A stretch of 64,000 bases of DNA from Felis catus (lineage: Eukaryota): assembly GCF_018350175.1 (NCBI RefSeq), contig NC_058373.1, positions 101,310,001 through 101,374,000 on the forward strand, read 5' to 3'. Under the pieces are notes generated by a model that was given only the letters and a program-made list of their open reading frames with translations, searched no databases and was not told the origin of the DNA. This document shows, one piece after another, positions 13,241-24,989 of this stretch (position 1 is its first letter; the number at the start of each line of letters is the position of its first letter). A program made the position numbers and the translations under genes.

Positions 13241-14291
13241 ATTTTTGTGATTTGATTAGAACGGGGAGAGCAGAGTCTGAGGTGCTCTGAGGGTCGAAGG
13301 GAAGGGATCAAAAGCAAAAAGCTCGGAACTGAGGGCTCCACGGCAACTGTGCCAGGCCCTTTGACGTTGTTTCCACATCTGGCCCAAGAAAATCATTGCA
13401 TTTGTTAAAGTGGAGGACTTAGGGGAAGAAAAGCTGGGCAGTCGTGCTGGGAACAACAGCACAGGGGCCCCAAATGTTCTCGATACACTGTTCTCCCACC
13501 CCAGTGTCCAACCTACACCCACAATGTCCCCTTGCTGAACTTCGTCCCCACTTCTCATAGTGTTCCTTCTCTGAGAGGCCTAAGGGTTTGGCCTCGGCTT
13601 CCGCATCACTGGTCGGCCATGCCAGCTTCCCTCACACCGCCCGCAGTCCCGGCTACACACAGATGTGCTATCAGTGTCCTTGGAGACCTCCTCCTTGACC
13701 CATGGGTTACTTAGAAGTGTGACTTCTACTCTCTTAGCTTTATGCAGGTTTGCTTTATGGCACAGAATATGATGTATGTTAGTGACTGTTCCACGTGCAC
13801 TAGAGCAGTAGGCACTGTCGTCAGATGCAGCGATCTATAAAAGTCAACGAGGTCCAGTTGCTGGCTAGTGCTGTCCAGGTCACCTCAATCCTTCTTTATT
13901 TTCTGTCTGTTCTATCAACTACGTAGAGAGGGGCTGAAGTCGGCAGTTGTAAGTGCACATTTGTCTATTTCTTTATTTACTTCTGCCGGGTTTTGCCCCA
14001 TGCATTTCAAACCTTTACAACTAGATGCATACGCATTTAGGACTGTTACGACTTCTTGGAAAATTGACTTCTTTATTTATTGATAATAAAACCCTGATAA
14101 CGTTTGTGATTCTGCAGTCTATTTTGTCTGAAATTGGTATAGTTACTCCAGCTTTCCTTTAGTTACCCTTTTCGTGTTATACTTTCCTATTTTTTTACTT
14201 TCAATCTTAGTCTTTACATTTAAAGTGGGTTTGTTATAGATGGCATGTAATTGGGTCTTGCTATTTCACTCAGTCTAAATCTCTGTCTTTT

Positions 14292-14508
14292 GGGGCACCT
14301 GAGTGGTTCGGTCAGTTAAGCGACCGACTTCGGCTCAGGCCATGATCTCATGGTTTGTGGGTTCAAGCCTTGCATCAGGCTCTGTGCTGACAGCTCAGAG
14401 CCTGGAGCCTGCTTCGGATTCTGTGTCTTCTTCTCTTTCTGCCCCTCCCTGCTTACACTCTGTCTTACTCTCTCTCTCTCTCAAAAGTTAAATAAACATT
14501 AAAAAAAA
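14292..14508 (+). mobile_element. CAN-SINE nested in L1
   Basis: ggggcacctgagtggttcggtcagttaagcg head, CT tract, A tail. Confidence 0.95.
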
Positions 14509-14660
14509 TTTACATCTCTTTTAACTGGTGTTTAGATATTCACTTTTAAGTGATTGTTGGTATCACAAATTCTACCATCTTGCTAGCTGTTCTCTCTCTT
14601 GAGTACTGCTTCTTAGTTTGTATACCCTGCTTTTCTACCTTCTTTGGGTTTAATTGAGCA

Positions 14661-14870
14661 TTTTTATCTCTTATATTGAGATAAAAATATATCTCATTTT
14701 TATCTCTTATATTGAGTTATTATTTATACCTTTTTATCTCTTATATTGAGATAAAAATATATCTCATTTTTATCTCTTATATTGAGTTATTATTTATACC
14801 TTTTTATCTCTTATATTGAGATAAAAATATATCTCATTTTTATCTCTTATATTGAGTTATTATTTATACC
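14661..14870. repeat. Minisatellite, 3 perfect 70-bp units with internal inverted repeats
   Basis: Unit tttttatctcttatattgagataaaaatatatctcatttttatctcttatattgagttattatttatacc at 14661, 14731, 14801. Confidence 0.97.
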
Positions 14871-15076
14871 TTTTTTAAAGACTTTTTAAGTCATTGACTA
14901 GAATTCTAAAGTACTTTTCAGTGATAAAAAGTTTGATCATTTTGTATTCCCTAAGTTGGGAGAAAGCTATAGTTTTGTTTCTTACTGAAATGGTCTTTGA
15001 AGTATTTTAGTTAAAAGAGCTAGAATTTAAATAGAATACTGCAGTATGGAATAGCATTTTCATTTGAATAGAATTT

Positions 15077-15232
15077 TTAAAAAATGTTTATTTTTTTCGG
15101 GGGGAGAGAGCATCTGAAGCAGGCTCTGTACCGACAGCAGCGAGCCCAATATGGGGCTCGAACTCATGAACCATGAGATCATGACCTGAGCCAAAGTCAG
15201 ATGCTTAACTGACTGAGCCACCCAGGCACCCC
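15077..15232 (-). mobile_element. CAN-SINE (shortened CT tract)
   Basis: ...gagccacccaggcacccc; degenerate TSD. Confidence 0.9.
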
Positions 15233-15483
15233 TTAAATAGAAATTTAAACATGAATTTCATTTGTAACCAATGAACTAACACACACACACACACACACAA
15301 AAAAAGATTAAATCTGGATGAACAAAAATACTGTTCTGTAATTTTATGCAATAAAAATTATACAAAAAGGAAAATACAGTGAAGCTTTAACTTGTTCAAC
15401 TCAACTCTTCTGAAAAAAGTAGCCAGAAATTATTGCATTGTGTTCATTTGGAAAATCCTGGGGAAATTTTCCCTTCTAGAGAA

Positions 15484-15642
15484 GCAGTTCTTATTTTGTT
15501 TTGGGACCACTACCCCTTTGAGAATTTGATGAACAATACCTAGAAAAACACTTACACTCATCTACACATCAAGTTTTGCATATAATTTTGGGGAATTTAC
15601 TGAATCCCTTAAGAGTTTCTTGATCCCTGGTGAGGAACACCT
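15484..15642. mobile_element. hAT-Charlie MITE (MER103-like)
   Basis: acccctttgagaatttgatgaa...ttttgcatataattttgggg...aacacctg. Confidence 0.55.
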
Positions 15643-16128
15643 GCCCTAGAGTAAGTAGTGAATGTTGTCAACAAGGATTTTGATGTAACCATATATCTTG
15701 GTATGTAGGTCAAATAGCAGAAGTATCAGGTTTGACTTGAGCTTCTTGAGTAGGGCAATAGAAACTCTTATTCTCTTAAACTTTTTGTTTAAGCAGCCCC
15801 AGATCCAGGTCAGACCCAGGTCTAGCTCTTAAGTTTGTCACCTGCCCAGTCCTATACTTTAATGTGATAACACTGCAGCCTCTACAATAGCAAAGGAAGT
15901 TCAGATGGTTAGTCTAAATGCCCACCATACTCAGATTGTGTTTATCTCCTTTCATGCTATGAGACAGAATTGTCCCAGGCACAATTGCTTAAATTGTGAC
16001 TATAAACACGAAGACAAATTTGTCCATGAGCAAATTTTGACACCAATATCAAAACTATCTTCAGGAGACAGAGAGAGAGAGATGTTTCAAGCAATAATTG
16101 CCTATATTTTTAAAAGAATAGTCTCCCA

Positions 16129-16310
16129 GGTCGCCTGGATGGCTCAAGTCAGTTAAGCCTCTAGCTCCTGATTTCAGCTCAGGTCATGATCTCACAATTC
16201 ATGGCATGAAGCCCCACGTTGGGCTCCATGCTGAGATTCTGCTTGGGCTTCTCCCTCTCACTCTCTGTCTGTCCCCCCCCCTCCTCAAAATACATATATA
16301 AACATTTAAA
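16129..16310 (+). mobile_element. CAN-SINE
   Basis: Perfect TSD aaaagaatagtctccca (16112-16128/16311-16327). Confidence 0.93.
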
Positions 16311-16951
16311 AAAAGAATAGTCTCCCATTTATACTTAAAAAGTCAGAGTCACAAAGCATTTAATGGCCATGAGTCCCAAAGAATCCACCAACTACTCCTC
16401 TCTTATTCTGCCAGGTTCTGAAATCTCGCTCCAACTATGATACCCTCCTGGGTCAGTCAAAACAGAGTTATTTGACTCTTCTCAGTAAAATTTTTTAAAG
16501 CAAATAACACCATTAACTTTATCCATTCCTCCACGAATGCATCTCCATTGGCTTGTATTTCATTTTTTCCTTTCATGTATTTATCTCTTTTAGTGATTCA
16601 GTAAAATCCATATCTTCAAGATATTTATATCATTTGTAAAGGAATCCCACTTTTTTCCCAATTAACATAAGGCCATATAGAAGTATTGTTAATATGATTG
16701 GTCATATTTTTCAATATTGATATGTTTACTTTCCAAATGGTAAAAATAATGGAGTATTTATATTAACCAGATTGAATGGAACCCTTTGGAAACAACCATT
16801 AATGAGCTGGTTGATGTGTGGCCTGGAAACTCCCTCTGGCAGCCAAGAAACTCCTTGTGTTCAGAATGGTTATCCCTGCAATTCTGCCTGAGACTCATCA
16901 GATGACTTGTCATGCTTATGTCTTCCTTTAGCAAACTGCAATTCTATTATT

Positions 16952-17172
16952 AAAAAAAAAAATTTAATGTTTATTTATTTTGAGAGAGAGAGAGGCAGAG
17001 AATGAGTGGGGGAGGGGCATGGAGAGAGGGAGACCCAGAATCCGAAGCAGGCTCCGGTCCCTGAGCTGTCAGCACAGAGCCAGATGCAGAGCTCAGCTGG
17101 AATGAGTGAACCACGAGATCATGACCTGAGCCTAAGTTGGATGTTTAACTGATTGAGCCACCCAGGCACCTC
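16952..17172 (-). mobile_element. CAN-SINE
   Basis: TSD aattctattatt; standard body. Confidence 0.93.
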
Positions 17173-17205
17173 GGAATTCTATTATTTTTAAATCTTCCAT
17201 ATCCA

Positions 17206-17400
17206 GGGGCACCTGGGTGGCTCAGTCAGTTGAATGTCCCACTCTTGATTTTGGCTTAAGTCATGGTTTATGGGTTCAAGCCCCATGTCAGGCTCCACAT
17301 GAACAGTGCAGAGCCTGCTTGGGATTCTTTCTCTCCCTCTCTCTCTGCCCCCCCAACTTGTGTGCAATCTCTCTCTAAAAATAAATTAACTTAAAAAAAA
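17206..17400 (+). mobile_element. CAN-SINE
   Basis: TSD aaatcttccata; standard body. Confidence 0.93.
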
Positions 17401-17587
17401 AATCTTCCATACCCTTGGACGAAATGTTATACATAAACATTGCCTTTCATCTTGCATAAAGGTGCATGGAAACAAAACAAGTGATATTTATAATGAAAAA
17501 CCAAAAACACAACCCTCTTTTCCAAATTTCCTAGATAAAAATGAGAAAACTTCACTTCTAGAATATGTTAAAGAAATGCTAAAGGAT

Positions 17588-17720
17588 CTGCAGCCAATTA
17601 AGCTAACTGTGCTCTTTCCTCGTGGGGCCTAGTGTGCAATGGCTGCGAACAGCAGCCTCCTCAGTAGTGTATGCAGCCTGTTGGTTGTATGGGTTGCCCT
17701 AAGGGACCTTGGAGACAGTT
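17588..17720 (+). ncRNA. SNORA70: Box H/ACA snoRNA SNORA70 (U70) retrocopy
   Basis: ctgcagccaattaag...ggctgcgaacagcagc...gtagtgtatgcagcctgttggttgtatgggttgccctaagggaccttggagacag matches SNORA70 as recalled; H box ACAGCA 17649-17654, ACA box 17715-17717, two hairpins; lies directly upstream of RPL10 exon sequence, and RPL10 is the known SNORA70 host. Confidence 0.9.
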
Positions 17721-17768
17721 TTTTTCTGGTGGACATTGAGGTTTGGCCTCATGCTTTCTCCAATCTAG

Positions 17769-18213
<445 letters not shown>

Positions 18214-19490
18214 TGAAATAATCAGAATGTCAAGACTTGGGCATTTCTAAAGGTACTCTAACAAGATAGTTTTAATTCCTCTTTATTCTTTGTAATAGTT
18301 TATACTCTACAAAAGATAAGCTTCTCTTTCACTATCGACTTTTCTTTTCCGCCTGATAAACAATGATACTTTTTAAGGTGTTCCCAAAGAAGCTAAAATG
18401 AACTTAGATCAATTTCAGTCACTTCCTTATTTATACATCATCCTCATTAATGATATCCTCAAAAATACCATCTAACACAGCTCATCTATTCACCTCTGCC
18501 TCCTCCTCTGTCTTGAGCATCTTCTCTCTAAACAGTAGACCTTTTTCAATTGCTTGGCAACACTAATAAGACTGTTTTCTCTTTGCACTAAGGAGAAAAA
18601 AAATACATTCCTGGTTTGATTCTGTTGTTCTGAATAAAATCAGACCTAGAAAGCAAACAATTAAAAACTGATGCATAATTTTCTCCTTTAGTTCTTCACC
18701 CTAAAATGAAGTGTTGCATGAAATTTCTGATGTTACAAGTTTCCCAAGATTATAGTGTTATAGTAAAAGTCTCGATGGAACATCTAATACACTGACTTTC
18801 AGGGTAGAGCAGGCCACTCGGGAAAGGTTAGCCACCCTGCCCCAGAGGCAGTAGCCTCTGACAACCATGCAATAATTGCTACTCTGACATCGTAAGTGGC
18901 TGGGGTACCCATTGAGAGTCACTTGTCTAATAGTTCTGCCAACAGCTGCAAGTTCAAAGAAAACTATTCTTTCCCTATAGCACCACCACAAAGCCCCTCA
19001 CTTTTTGCATATTCAAGGATCAGAGTATAAAGGAAAATAGAGACAGGGGAAGAAAGGAGAAAGACATACCTACGAAGACAAAGTTTGAGGTGGGAGCAAG
19101 ATCAAGATTTTAGCTGAGGTGAAATAATCTTTTGTGGATGAGTGAAGAACAAAGGTCAGAAGGAGAAAATTTGGCCATTTTCTACCCTCTTACAATTTAG
19201 GGGTTGGATGGAAGGTTTTTCATCATCATTCTTGACCTGTACATATTCCTCATAAATTAAAAACATATTTGCCATAGAGAAGCTTAAAAATGTTTTTATG
19301 TTATCAAATGTATCTATCTTTTCTTCCTTTCATGGCTTCTGGGCTTGTGTCCTATCTAGAAAGGCTGGACTCATTTCATTCATTCCATAATTATAAATAA
19401 ATTCAACCATATTTTATTCTGGTAGTTTAATTTTTAATATGTCAATATTTGATCAAGCTTTAATTTAGTTTGTGAAAGTTGGAAACCTTA

Positions 19491-19711
19491 TTTTTCTTTT
19501 TTTTAATATATATATTTTTAATGTTTATTTTTGAGAGAGACAGAGCAGGAATGGGGGTGGGGCAGAGAGAGAGGGAGACACAGAATCTGAGGCAGGATCC
19601 ACGCTCTGAGCTGTCAGCACAGAGCCCGACACGGGGCTCAAACTCATGAACCATGAGATCATGACCTGAGTCAAAGTTGGATGCTCAACTGACTGAGCCA
19701 CCCAGGTGCCC
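19491..19711 (-). mobile_element. CAN-SINE within an old L1 fragment (~19230-19480)
   Basis: Standard reverse body ending gagccacccaggtgccc. Confidence 0.93.
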
Positions 19712-19759
19712 TGAAAACTTACCTTTCTTAATGTAATTTCACTTCAGTGCAAATTCTAT

Positions 19760-20060
19760 GCAATTCATACCTGGATCAACCAATCATTGACTATTTACTA
19801 ACAACCTACTATGAACCAAGCCAGGGAGAGATCCAAAAGAAATGTAAGACATGGTGGTTAACTTCAAACAAGTTACAACTGTGGTTGGGGGAATGAACTA
19901 CTGCCCTGAGACAATTCCAGGACCAGACAAGCATATAACTAAGTTACTGAATCCTGAATGCCTAGAATTGGTGTGGGAGCTCAGAGGAAGGAGCGATCTA
20001 CCTAGGCTGCAGTTGTCAGGGAAGACTTTGTAAGCAAGATGGGGCTAGAGTCATATGTGC
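19760..20060 (-). mobile_element. L2 fragment
   Basis: tatttactaacaacctactatgaaccaagcc L2 3' signature. Confidence 0.5.
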
Positions 20061-20796
20061 ATTTCACCAAATGCTAAAACAGAAAGCTATCATCTCTGTG
20101 CGTGTGTGTGTGTGCACGCGCATGTGTGTGTGATGTGCGTGCATGTGTGTACAGTGTAGGTGGGCACCCAGTTTTCACAAAACAACTCAGCTGTTGGGAA
20201 AATATACTTGCCACAGACTAAATAAGATTTAGGTGCACCTGGCAGATCTGAGTCAGGGTTTTAGAGCTAGAATGAAGTAGCCGTGTGGCAAGGGCAGTGG
20301 TGGGAAATGTGTGCCCCAGGGAGGAATGTTTGCCTGGGAGTCCCACCTTCTACCCACTCCCCAAGCGTCTGCTAGATCCTCCAGCCCAGCCTGAAGAGTA
20401 TCTCTGGGGTTTTGCCTACCATGATTCTGCCAGAGGGTTCTGCCAAGTGTGGGTGGGCATCCCCTTGGGGGCCCTCTCTCTGTCTGTGAGCGACTGTCTG
20501 CTGCTTCCCTTCTCCCACTATTTGAAAGAGTCAACCACCCGGCTAAGTCTTAACCAGCCCGACACACCCTCAGGAAAGTGAAGAGCAGTGAGCAACACCT
20601 TAGTACACTATTTCCACAAGTCTGTTATGGCCTGGGGGAATAAAAGTTGGTTCAGTCTTTGGAAGAGATGGAAGAGATAAGGATGGGTATATCAATATGT
20701 CTATAACAATAGATATACCAGTGTATTTTAAAAGTCTTATGTTTTTACATACCCTTTGATCCAACCACTCCGCTTCCAGGAATTTCCTGTTTGTTT

Positions 20797-21011
20797 GTTT
20801 AACTTTTTGTTAATGTTTATTTATTATTGAGAAGGAACACATGTGAGCATGCATGAGTGGGAAAGGGGTAGAGAGAGAGGGAGACAGAAGATCTGAAGTG
20901 GGCTCTGTGCTGACAGCAGAGAGCCTGATGCGGGGCTCAAACTCACGAAACACGAGATTGTGACCTGAGCCAAAGTTTGATGCTTAACTGACTGAGCCAC
21001 CCAGACGCCTC
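20797..21011 (-). mobile_element. CAN-SINE followed by MIR (~21015-21255)
   Basis: Standard body; MIR core tttacaggtaaggaaaatgagacacagagaggttaag. Confidence 0.9.
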
Positions 21012-21260
21012 TCCTATTTATTTACTTAATAAAAACATATTAGTTACTGTATGGCAGGTACTGTTCTAAGTGCTAAAAATTAGCTCATTTAATCTTCATA
21101 ACAATCTTTTGAAATAGGCATTATTATTTTACAGGTAAGGAAAATGAGACACAGAGAGGTTAAGCTACTTGTCCATGGCCACCAGCTAGTACGTGGCAGA
21201 GCCGGCCTTTAAACTCATGCTGTCTGAGTCCTGGGAGTTAACTATATACACTATACTACC

Positions 21261-22120
21261 TGTGATGGTTAATTTCATGCATGTGTCAACCTGACTGACC
21301 ACAGGGTGCCCAGATTATACGTTATTTCTGGGTGTGTCCATGAGGGTGTTTCAGGATAAGATTAGCATTCGAATTGGTAGAGACCGAAAACTAGATTGTT
21401 TCCACTATGTGGGCAAGTAGGTGGGCATGTACAGTTTGCTGAGGGCCTGACTGGAACAAAAGGCAGAAGAAGGAGGAATTCTCCCCTCCCCCTGCTTCTT
21501 CTTTTCTGCCTCACTCATCAAGTTGGGACATTCCATCTTTTTCTGCCTTCGGACTAAGAGGTTCTCCTGGCTCTCAGGCCTTCAGACTCTGACTGAATTG
21601 CGCTACTGGCTCTCCTGGGTGTCCAGCTTGCAGATGGTCGCCTGTGGGACTTCTCAGCCTCCACAGTTGGGTTAGCCAATTCCTCATAATAAATCTCCTT
21701 GTATACATTATAGATATAAAACCAATAGGAGATACACGGTGGACCCTTGAACAACATGGGTTTGAATTGTGCAGCCACCTACATGCGAACTTTTTTCTAT
21801 AAATGTAATACAGGACTGTAAACACATATTCTCCTTTTTATGATTTTCTTCATAATATTTTCTTTTCTCTAGCTTACTTTATTGTAAGAATACGGTATAT
21901 AATACATAACACATACAAAGTATATGTTAATCGACTGTTATGTGACTGGTAAGGCTTTGGGTGGATAGTAGACTATTGGTAGTTAAGTTTTGGGGGGAGT
22001 TAAAAGTTATGTACAGATTTTTGACTGTATGGGGGTCAGCACCCCAACCCCCATATTGTTCAAGTGTCAACCGTATATATCTGTCCTGTTGGTTCTGCTT
22101 CTCTGGAGAACCCTAATACA
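21261..22120 (+). mobile_element. MLT2 (ERVL) solo LTR
   Basis: tgtgatggttaattt...ctctggagaaccctaataca; 5-bp TSD ctacc/ctgcc. Confidence 0.9.
21737..22073. mobile_element. Tigger2a-like (TcMar-Tigger) MITE nested in MLT2
   Basis: TIRs cggtggacccttgaacaac / attgttcaagtgtcaaccg followed by TA. Confidence 0.85.
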
Positions 22121-22716
22121 CTGCCTGAGCGGTCAGCCTGAATGTACACAAGGATTTAGCCATGAGGCTGTTCGTGCAACACAAATTAATGCCTACTGTG
22201 GGCCAATCACGGTCCCTCCTTCCTTTCCAAATGGAGGGTAAAAACTCATCCATGAGTCATGAAATACATTTAGTGGATTGGGACCAGAATTTCTTTAATA
22301 AAATGATACAGAAAAGAATAGAAATTAGCAGAAAGTGAGTTTTGTTTCACAACGTTTTTTCACTTCTTTGTGTGAGCACAAGCATATATGTGCTGGTGAG
22401 TGTTGAATCAGAGTACTGTGTACTCACTGTGAGCTGCAGTAAGAAAGGTTTAAAAGGCAGCAGTCTACCAGGAAAGAAAACATTCAGAGAACTAATTATA
22501 TGTATGTCGAGTTAGTTTTTTAAAATAATTGCAAAAAGTTGTCTGATAATAAGAGATTATTAAATAGGTTATAATATAGACATATAATAGAATTCTACCT
22601 AGAAACTAAAATTATATTGTAGGAAAGCGTTTAGTGACATAGAAATATGTGCAAAATATAGAGATGGGGGGAAAGTCAGATTATAAAATAACATGTAATA
22701 TACATTTTAAATAAAT

Positions 22717-22752
<36 letters not shown>

Positions 22753-22784
22753 CAAATGACTAAAAAGGATAGTTACCAAGATGT

Positions 22785-22883
22785 TTCTTTTTTGAAGTTT
22801 TTTGTTTTTAATTTATTTTGAGAAAGAGAGAGAGAGCAAGCGGGGGAGGGGCAGAGAGGGGAGACAATCTCAAGTAGGCTCTC
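22785..22883 (-). mobile_element. 5'-truncated CAN-SINE amid L1M fragments; (CA)n at 22720-22748
   Basis: Only tail, GA tract and caagtaggctc present. Confidence 0.75.
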
Positions 22884-23540
22884 TCTATATATATGATTAT
22901 ATAAGGATAGTATAAACAAAGAAAATTCTTATAGACAACAAATATAAAGAATTCTAGCAAACAATAAAAATAAAGAATCTTTGTAAACAGTAATAATTAA
23001 AAGGACAAACTATCCAATAAAAGAGTGGGCAAAGCATGGAAACAGATCATTCAAACATTTCAAGTGATGCTCAACCCTAGCAGTGATAAGAGAAATGCAA
23101 ATTAAAACAACAATAAGATAAAAATATCTCTTTTATCAGTTTTGCAAACTGTTAACCCTGCCCTATGAAAACTACTCTAATAAAATTCAATATCTAACAA
23201 CTTGAAGTTTCAGAATGGAAATAAATGAGTGTCCGCCTTACAAAGGAGTCGGTACACTGTAAATATCAAACTTGCTCAGGGTACTTAATATGTACTTTTA
23301 TTTCTGCTTCAGATTCCAAGGGCCAGGGATCAGAGAGACTGAAACACTGGCATTGATTAGTAGCCCTACAATGTCATGAAATAAATAATTAAGTGAGATA
23401 CAAAGGTTTCTCCAAAAAAGTACAAAAACTTCTAATACAGATAAAAAGATAGTGTTTATCAACATAATCAATATTTTTTCAGTGCTCATTCTACACACAC
23501 ATACACACACACTCACACACACGTTAATCTCTAATCTCTT

Positions 23541-23767
23541 TTTTTTTTTAATTTTTTTTTCAACATTTTTTATTTTATTTTTGGGACAGAGAGAGACAAA
23601 GCATGAACAGGCGAGGGGCAGAGAGAGAGGGAGACACAGAATCGGAAACAGGCTCCAGGCTCTGAGCCATCAGCCCAGGGCCCGACGCGGGGCTCGAACT
23701 CACGGACCGCGAGATCGTGACCTGGCTGAAGTCGGACGCTTAACCGACTGCGCCACCCAGGCGCCCC
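23541..23767 (-). mobile_element. Young felid CAN-SINE, followed by MIR (~23785-23975)
   Basis: Perfect TSD taatctctaatctctt (23525-23540/23768-23783). Confidence 0.97.
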
Positions 23768-24440
23768 TAATCTCTAATCTCTTAATGTGCATTATTTTAT
23801 TTAATCCCTGCAGCAACTTTATGAGCTTTAGTTACTCCTTTAGCCCCATTTTTACTATTAAGACACCTGAGGCTAGAGCAGGTTAAGTAACCTGCCCCAC
23901 AGACAGGTAAGTGGAGGAGATAGGATTTGAGCCCAGATCTCAACACCTCCACAGTGTACAATCTCAGCCACTTGGGTAGTTTCCCACATAGAAAACTAGT
24001 GGTTGGTTGTGCATGATGCTAATTTAGGATGCTATTTTTGAGGTCAGAGGATTTCAAAGAAAGGTGTGGGGATTATGTGATGGATACAGGTTCTCTTAAG
24101 TTTCTAGTGATTGTTTCTTAGCGTATGCATTTATAAAACGGTCATGATTGTTTTTGTTTTTGTTTTTGGGGATGAAAATTTGAATGTCATCAAACACAAT
24201 ATGTCTTGTTCTGGCAAGAATTCTTTGTTAATGTGCACGATAACAAGGAAGACTCTATTGTGGTCTTTTTCTATGCTGACATAATTCAAATAAAAAGACA
24301 CTGAAATCATTGTCCTGGGTTCTTTCTGCAACTTTATAAAATATGGTTATCATTCTATATTTGGCCCACGAACTTCTTCGTATTATAAATGTAACAAGAT
24401 AGTCATCAGAATTATGACAATAAGAATAATGACAAAAACA

Positions 24441-24548
24441 GGGGCACCTGGCTGGTTCAGTTGATGGGGCAGGTGACTCTTGATCTTGGAGTTGTAGGTT
24501 TGAGCCCCAGATTAGGTATAGAGATTACTTTAAAAAATCTTTAAAAAA
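24441..24548 (+). mobile_element. Short CAN-SINE variant lacking CT tract
   Basis: ggggcacctggctggttcag...gagattactttaaaaaatctttaaaa. Confidence 0.8.
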
Positions 24549-24736
24549 GAATGATAAAAACAATTATATTAATAATAGTAATGCACTAAGGAAAACAACA
24601 GTAACTGAGTGTGAGACTCTCTATTGGAGAGATATATTTCAGAATGGAATATGAACTTCAGGTTTTTTCTCATATCATTTTTGGGAGATAAGGCCCATCT
24701 GGGCAGGACCCAGTAACTAGAAAATATGAATCACTT

Positions 24737-24804
24737 CTTTTTGAGAGAGAGAGAGCACAAATGAGTGATGGGCAGAGAGAGAGAGAGAATCCCAGGAGGG
24801 ACAA

Positions 24805-24851
<47 letters not shown>

Positions 24852-24989
24852 CAAGGCTCACCCAATGCAGGGCTCGTGCTCTCCCAATGTGAGGCTTGAG
24901 CTTACCTGATGTGGGACTCAAACTCACAAACCGTGAGATCATGACCTGCCAAAGTCAAATGCTAAACGGCTGAGCCACCTGGGTGCCCC
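24737..24989 (-). mobile_element. CAN-SINE variant with triplicated 22-bp B-box segment
   Basis: Three 22-bp units at 24862-24927; long (GA)n. Confidence 0.88.

Larger units (their letters stand above)
13680..14900 (-). mobile_element. Old L1 fragment (ORF2 endonuclease/5' region)
   Basis: T-rich, collinear with the L1 segment at ~41900-43050 (tttaaagtgggtt..tataga, ttagaagtgtg). Confidence 0.75.

Noticed and set aside
14661..14870. CRISPR-like array (palindromic repeats about 36 bp apart)
   Set aside because: Eukaryotic DNA, spacers are identical rather than unique, and there are no cas genes; it is a minisatellite.
23452..23886. Recurrent ORFs such as GRGRERGRHRIGNRLQALSHQPRARRG and SLEPASDSVSPSLS
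   Set aside because: Translations of CAN-SINE sequence, repeated at many SINE copies.
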